Below, piece after piece: positions 58,901 to 64,000 of a stretch of 64,000 bases of DNA. The stretch lies in contig OY782781.1 of NCBI GenBank assembly GCA_963678315.1, positions 1,344,001 through 1,408,000 of the forward strand. The letters run 5' to 3'. The notes under the pieces were generated by a model. It had not been told where the DNA came from. It made no database searches and was given only the letters and a program-made list of their open reading frames with translations. The stretch is from Candidatus Cloacimonadales bacterium (GTDB lineage Bacteria; Cloacimonadota; Cloacimonadia; Cloacimonadales; JAFGVF01). A program made the translations under genes and the position numbers. How positions within the stretch are numbered: position 1 is the stretch's first letter; each line of letters opens with the position of its first letter.

Positions 58901-61351
58901 TTAGTATCTCCATTTAGAGACTTTCTCTAAAACTCGGAAGTTCAAAATATCTTGAAAATCAGAAGCAATTTCTATTGGGTATTTCTTGAACATTTCAAGA
59001 GCCTTTTTATCAAGATTTATATGAAAAGTATTAGAGTCTTTATCAAATGTAAATAGATTGTTTTTGTTTTGAGAAAGAAACTTGATTGGATTTTTTATAG
59101 CTAATTTAGAAAAATCACTATCTTCCCATAACATAAAGTCTTTATTTGACTTATCAACTAATTCTTTGGCATATTCTTTATTAGAATAAAACTTCCTGAA
59201 TGATTTTGCAATATTACTAGTTGTAGTTTCAGGGTAAATTTTGTTAGCTTGAATAAAAGCATTTAAGGTCGGTATCTTGTATAATTTGGTTAGTGTTGTA
59301 TTGACTGCTTCTAATAGAAGAACTTTGACATTTGTATTTAGATAATTGTGTTGTGCTTCATTTAACATTCCGACTTTATCAAGAAAGTCAAACCATGAGC
59401 CAAAAACAGAGATGTAGCTTCTAATCGGAATCTCCGAACAAGAACTAAATTCTAGAATAGATGTTGGATTAGTCATCTCATCTTTTAAAGACATATAATG
59501 TTCAATTAACTTTTCTTCAAGAGGTAGATTCTGTTTTTTAACATGAGAGAAATAATCAATTAATTCTAAATCAAAATTTGTAATACAATTATCCGGTAAA
59601 TCAATCTTTCTATCAGTAGGTAATATGAAGTCGTTTTTATTAATTTCTTGAGGAGTTAGTCCACTCAGATAAGACAATTTATAATGACTATTTTTATAAT
59701 TTCCAACGAAGTCAATGACAGTAAGATAATCTTTATTTTCTGATATTCTTAAACCTCTACCTAACTGTTGCATGAATACAGCATAAGATTCTGTTGGTCT
59801 CAGGAAGAGAATAGTGTCTATTTGAGGAATGTCTATACCTTCATTAAACAAATCTACAACAAAAAGAATTTTAATTCTTCCATTTTTAAAATCATTAATA
59901 ATTTTACTTCTGTTTGGGCTTCCACTATGAAGAGCTTTTGCTTTAATCTTGTTTTTCAGAAAAGCATTTTCCATGAAATTTGCATGAGTAATTGAAGCAC
60001 AAAAACCAATACAGTAATCTTTTGCAAGTCTTCTATAATTCTTGATTATTGAGTTAGCTCTTTTCTCGACTGATAAGGATACTGTTAATTCTGAAATATC
60101 ATATTTGCCCGAACGCCAAGGTATGTTGTCATATTCTATCTCATCATGAATTCCATAATAAGTAAATGGTACTAACCATCCATTATTGATAGCTGTTTTA
60201 AAATTGCAATTAAAGATAACATTATAGTCGCAAAGTTTATATACGTCTTTGTTGTCCAGTCTATCAGGGGTTGCGGTTAATCCTAATAAAAACTTTGGGT
60301 TAAAGTAATCAAGAATATTTAGATAGTTTTTAGCTGTAGAGTGATGAAATTCATCAACAACGATATAATCAAAATGTTCTGGAGTAAAATAGTTATTTAA
60401 GTGTTCTCTTTTGCCTAATGAAGCAATTGAAGCAAACAAAATATCAACATTTACATCTTTATTAACCCCATCGAATGATCCTGTTGAAAGTTTAGGTCTT
60501 ACTTTTTTAAAGGTAGTCTCAGCTTGTTCTAGAATCTCCTTGCGATGTGCAACAAACAAGATTCTTTTGAATTCTTGTGAATCAAAGGCTGATAAAAATG
60601 TTTTGCCTAGACCGGTAGCCATGATGACCATACCCTTAGTAACTCCAATCTCTCTAGCTTGTTTCAATTCATACAGGGCTGGTAATTGGCATTTTATCGG
60701 TTCGAAAACATCTTTCTGAGAATAAGTGTTTTCTTCATCAGCCACAGCAATAGTTCCAAAGTCTTCAATAGTTGAAGGGTAATCTTTTTCTACTTTACTT
60801 AACGGATTTGGGGTTACAGTGTAATTGTCTTGTGGCTTCTTATAGTTGTTGAAATAATCTCTTAACCATTCATCATTTAATTCAAAACTGTAGTAATCGT
60901 GTAGTTTGTTGAAGTGCTCTAGGAAATCTTGTATAACATCGTTATTGTTATCAATTAGGCAATTCCATTCAACTCCATCTTCGAATGCTGATTTAGATAT
61001 ATTAGAAGAACCTATAATAAATTTAGTCTCATTAGTGTTTTTAAAATAGTAGCCTTTGGGGTGGAATGAAGATTTAAGCTTGGTTAAATCTATTATTCTA
61101 ATGCTGAAATTCTGTCCTTGTAAGGATTTTAGCATGAAGAGAGCATTTGGTTCTGTAATATTTAAATAGTTACTTGTAAGTATTGTTATTCTTGCACCAC
61201 GTTTGAGAGCTTTTTCTAATCCCCTAAAGATTAGTTTCAAACCAGAAGTTTTAATAAACGAAACACAAAATATAATCTCACTAGCTGTTAATATATTGAT
61301 ATTTAAAATGGGTAATAAAGTTTTATCTTCTTGGTTCGTTATTGCTCTCAT
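58901..61351 (-). CDS. PLD-nuclease/SF2 DEAD-box helicase fusion (SauUSI/NgoFVII-like restriction enzyme architecture)
   Basis: FHPKGY...IIGSSN.S..A..G.EWN (PLD); MATGLGKT, VAHR.EIL.Q, DEFHH, GLTATP.R.D, VDLFNEGIDIP, QQLGRGLR. Confidence 0.9.
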   Translation of the reverse strand: MRAITNQEDKTLLPILNINILTASEIIFCVSFIKTSGLKLIFRGLEKALKRGARITILTSNYLNITEPNALFMLKSLQGQNFSIRIIDLTKLKSSFHPKGYYFKNTNETKFIIGSSNISKSAFEDGVEWNCLIDNNNDVIQDFLEHFNKLHDYYSFELNDEWLRDYFNNYKKPQDNYTVTPNPLSKVEKDYPSTIEDFGTIAVADEENTYSQKDVFEPIKCQLPALYELKQAREIGVTKGMVIMATGLGKTFLSAFDSQEFKRILFVAHRKEILEQAETTFKKVRPKLSTGSFDGVNKDVNVDILFASIASLGKREHLNNYFTPEHFDYIVVDEFHHSTAKNYLNILDYFNPKFLLGLTATPDRLDNKDVYKLCDYNVIFNCNFKTAINNGWLVPFTYYGIHDEIEYDNIPWRSGKYDISELTVSLSVEKRANSIIKNYRRLAKDYCIGFCASITHANFMENAFLKNKIKAKALHSGSPNRSKIINDFKNGRIKILFVVDLFNEGIDIPQIDTILFLRPTESYAVFMQQLGRGLRISENKDYLTVIDFVGNYKNSHYKLSYLSGLTPQEINKNDFILPTDRKIDLPDNCITNFDLELIDYFSHVKKQNLPLEEKLIEHYMSLKDEMTNPTSILEFSSCSEIPIRSYISVFGSWFDFLDKVGMLNEAQHNYLNTNVKVLLLEAVNTTLTKLYKIPTLNAFIQANKIYPETTTSNIAKSFRKFYSNKEYAKELVDKSNKDFMLWEDSDFSKLAIKNPIKFLSQNKNNLFTFDKDSNTFHINLDKKALEMFKKYPIEIASDFQDILNFRVLEKVSKWRY

Positions 61352-61353
61352 TC

Positions 61354-61926
61354 CTATTTCCTAAGAATAACATTTAACCATTTTTCGTGTTCTCTTCCTG
61401 GACGTTTATCCTTTGATATTGCATATTCTACAAGAGAAAATCCTATACTCTTATATGCAGTTTTTTCAAATTTATCTTCTGTATAATCACAAAAGAATCT
61501 TCCATTTCTTTCTTCTTCATTATCTCCGTACTTTAGAGAAATAAAAAGAATACCATTGTCTTTTAGCGAAATATATAGTTTTTCTAAAGCTTCATTTATC
61601 TCAGAAAATGGTAAATGTAGTAAAGATGCACATGCCCATATTCCTGTAAACTGGTCTTTAAAAGTAATTTCATTAACTTTTATTGGTAAAACTTCTTTAC
61701 TAATAACTTTTGAAGCTAACTTTGCTAATTCTCTTGCTGGCTCAATAGCCACAATATCATATCCCTTGTTTAAGAAATATTTAGAGTCTCTTCCAGAGCC
61801 ACATCCTACATCTAGAATTGAACCTTTGGAAGGTATAACGTTCTCAAAAAGAGAGTATAATTCTTTCATATCAACTTCGATAGTATTATCAAAAAATTTA
61901 CGAGAGTTTATATTATAATAATTCAT
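61354..61926 (-). CDS. Class I SAM-dependent methyltransferase
   Basis: ILDVGCGSGRD, F.GIWACASLLH; stop lies 2 bp before the helicase start. Confidence 0.92.
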   Translation of the reverse strand: MNYYNINSRKFFDNTIEVDMKELYSLFENVIPSKGSILDVGCGSGRDSKYFLNKGYDIVAIEPARELAKLASKVISKEVLPIKVNEITFKDQFTGIWACASLLHLPFSEINEALEKLYISLKDNGILFISLKYGDNEEERNGRFFCDYTEDKFEKTAYKSIGFSLVEYAISKDKRPGREHEKWLNVILRK

Positions 61927-62074
61927 TGATTTCCTCTTGCATTAATTAGAATTATTTTAATTAAAAATGAAAAAAAGTCAAGTTTTTTCAAAAAGTGTGC
62001 CTAAAAGGGAAAAAGTGTGCCCATAGTAGTTATGAGAGGTTGAGAAACTTCTTAGAAAAATTATGGAGGACTTT

Positions 62075-62530
62075 ATGAAAGTCAAATTTAAGTATGGTAT
62101 TAAGTCATTTTCTGGAACACTTGATGGTCTTGTTTATTCAAATTATGAATCAAGAGATGTTGTAATAGGTAAATTATATTCTGATCAGACATTAACATCT
62201 CAGAATCATGCAATTGGAAACAGCATGAAGAACATTGCTTCTGTATATGCGCTAACAAATGATGCTTTTAAAGATGATTTAACTATTTATGCAGTTAAGC
62301 TTTATAATCAGCCTGAGTATTATGGTAAGTTAGCAGCAAACAAGTATTCAATGTTCTGCAAAGCAGTCTACAATATTTGTAACAACAATGATAGCGTTAA
62401 TATTTCTAGTTTTAGTGTTGATGACTTGTCAGTTGGGGGATTGATGACTAATGTAAAAGGACTTGTAGAGGCTGGTTATTTACCTGAAGTAGATGGTTAT
62501 GAAGATTTAACCAATAACGCATTTAATTAG
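62075..62530 (+). CDS. Hypothetical protein
   Basis: GGAGGA RBS, open frame of 151 aa, terminator hairpin at 62567-62594; no recognised family. Confidence 0.75.
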   Translation: MKVKFKYGIKSFSGTLDGLVYSNYESRDVVIGKLYSDQTLTSQNHAIGNSMKNIASVYALTNDAFKDDLTIYAVKLYNQPEYYGKLAANKYSMFCKAVYNICNNNDSVNISSFSVDDLSVGGLMTNVKGLVEAGYLPEVDGYEDLTNNAFN

Positions 62531-62666
62531 TAATTAGTTAGGGCAGAGTAGAGGTTCATTATCCAGAAGGCAGGCCGTATGGTCTGCCTTTTTTTAATTT
62601 TAATTAAATCCATTTCTTGACATCTAATTCTTTTTAAAATGCTATACATAAATAAAGGAGAATATT

Positions 62667-63014
62667 ATGTATTATGCAATGAAGATTTTAATAACTTCAG
62701 TATTAGTGGTGTTGATATCTGAGATATCGAAACGTTCTTCGGTAATTGCTGGGATACTAGCGTCAATACCATTGTTGTCCTTTCTTGCTATATTTTGGAT
62801 GTATTATGATAACAAGGATATTGGGCAGATTATAGACTTTTCTAAAGCGATATTTTGGTTAGTAATACCATCATTGTTATTCTTTGTCGCATTGCCAATA
62901 TTCTTAAAAAGAGGAATGAATTTTTACTTATCAATGATATTGTCAAGTGCCATAATGGTGGTTTTTTATTACCTAATGGTGTTAGTTCTTAAGAGATTTA
63001 ATATTACAATATAA
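62667..63014 (+). CDS. DUF3147-family membrane protein
   Basis: KILIT..LV..ISEISKRS...G.LASIPL.S.LA..W; FW.V.PSL.FF. Confidence 0.8.
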   Translation: MYYAMKILITSVLVVLISEISKRSSVIAGILASIPLLSFLAIFWMYYDNKDIGQIIDFSKAIFWLVIPSLLFFVALPIFLKRGMNFYLSMILSSAIMVVFYYLMVLVLKRFNITI

Positions 63015-63026
63015 ATGGAGAATAGA

Positions 63027-63377
63027 ATGGAAATCAAGAGATTTGAAGGCACAGGAAGAATGAGTAGAGTTGTTGAATGCAATGGAACAATTTATTTATG
63101 CGGTCAAACTTGTGGTGATGCTAATGCTGATATTCAAGAGCAAACAAGAGTAGTTCTACAGAAGATAGAAGATTTGTTAGAAAAGTACGGTTCTGACAAA
63201 AATCATATATTATCAACAACAATTTACTTAAGAGATATGAAAGACTTTGCTTCAATGAATGAAATATGGGATGCTTGGGTTGAGAATGGTAATGAGCCAG
63301 CAAGAGCATGTGTTGAAGCTAGAATGGCAAGAGAAACATTACTAGTTGAAATGTCAGTTGTTGCTGTAGTTAAATAA
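63027..63377 (+). CDS. RidA/YjgF family protein (YoaB-like)
   Basis: RMS..V, YL.GQ, F..MN.IWDAW...PARACV. Confidence 0.9.
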   Translation: MEIKRFEGTGRMSRVVECNGTIYLCGQTCGDANADIQEQTRVVLQKIEDLLEKYGSDKNHILSTTIYLRDMKDFASMNEIWDAWVENGNEPARACVEARMARETLLVEMSVVAVVK

Positions 63378-63378
63378 T

Positions 63379-64000
63379 ATGAAAGAAATAGATTTTAATC
63401 AAGTAGAAGAAAGTATCTATGACAATATAGGAAAGAGCTTGGTCATTCTTGCAGAAGAAGTTGAGGAACTTATAAAATCAGCAAGAAAAGAGGAGAGTAA
63501 TCCCTTAGCGAAAGAGATCCTACAAGATATTCTTAAGAATGGACAAGTCGCTAAAGAGCTAAATAGACCTTTATGTCAGGATACAGGGCTTGCTGTCTTT
63601 TTTGTTGAGATAGGAAAAGACTTATCGTCTATTGGAGAAATTGAAGCAACAATAAATAGGGCTGTTAAAAGAGCATATCAAGATTTTTATCTAAGAAAGT
63701 CAGTGGTTAAAGACCCTGTTTTCGATAGACAAAACACAGGTGATAATCTTCCAGCGATAATACATTATAGCTTTATTGATGGCGATAAGTTAAGAATTTC
63801 CTTCTCAGCAAAGGGTGGGGGATCTGAAAACATGTCAAGATTGGCAATGTTAAAACCATCAGATGGGCTTGCCGGAGTAAAAAGATTTGTGATTGAAACT
63901 GTAAAAATAGCAGGGGGAAATCCTTGTCCGCCAATAATAGTTGGAGTAGGGGTTGGGGGAAACTTTGAGACCTGTGCTCTGCTAGCAAAACAGTCTTTAT
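63379..64000 (+). CDS. Fe-S fumarate hydratase/tartrate dehydratase alpha subunit, partial at window edge (not in the ORF track)
   Basis: Hand translation MKEIDFNQVEES...RPLCQDTG...LRKSVV.DP...R.NTGDN.P...KGGGSEN...GNPCPP..VGVGVGG. Confidence 0.92.
   Translation, partial: MKEIDFNQVEESIYDNIGKSLVILAEEVEELIKSARKEESNPLAKEILQDILKNGQVAKELNRPLCQDTGLAVFFVEIGKDLSSIGEIEATINRAVKRAYQDFYLRKSVVKDPVFDRQNTGDNLPAIIHYSFIDGDKLRISFSAKGGGSENMSRLAMLKPSDGLAGVKRFVIETVKIAGGNPCPPIIVGVGVGGNFETCALLAKQSL

Noticed and set aside
1646..63988. Numerous short ORFs in the track that overlap larger genes (e.g. 1646, 7110, 14232, 44793, 60411, 63773)
   Set aside because: Antisense or out-of-frame shadows of well-supported genes, with no motifs or RBS

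Overview
AT-rich bacterial chromosomal window. Gene content (split gcvPA/PB, four-subunit 2-oxoacid:ferredoxin oxidoreductase, gingipain-like C25 protease, secreted protein with a FlgD/T9SS-type tail) suggests an anaerobic Gram-negative lineage such as Candidatus Cloacimonadota; this is inference. The window is mostly housekeeping and metabolic: a nucleoside ABC importer with an outer-membrane channel, POR, glycine cleavage P, a shikimate operon, feoB, TldD/PmbA and six tRNAs. It also has two putative defence loci, a GmrSD-like nuclease and a PLD-helicase plus methyltransferase. Two real genes are missing from the ORF track: a 56-aa ferredoxin and a fumarate hydratase alpha subunit that runs off the right edge. 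The most unusual signals are non-coding. (1) A family of intergenic REP-like palindromes forms patterned arrays, and their loops carry two different ~20-25 bp micro-cassettes inserted at the same TC dinucleotide, mostly with TC at both ends. (2) A ~270-bp composite structured element occurs twice in opposite orientation and shows covarying hairpins. (3) Two tandem tRNA-Ile2-derived pseudo-tRNA units carry a palindromic insert. (4) The tRNA-Asp leader and trailer form a 20-bp stem followed by a U-tract. A complete sigma-54 module and a PAS protein ending in a His-less pseudo-HisKA domain are also visible. No CRISPR array, cas gene, integrase, transposase or reverse transcriptase was found. All functional calls come from motif recognition by eye, not from database searches.
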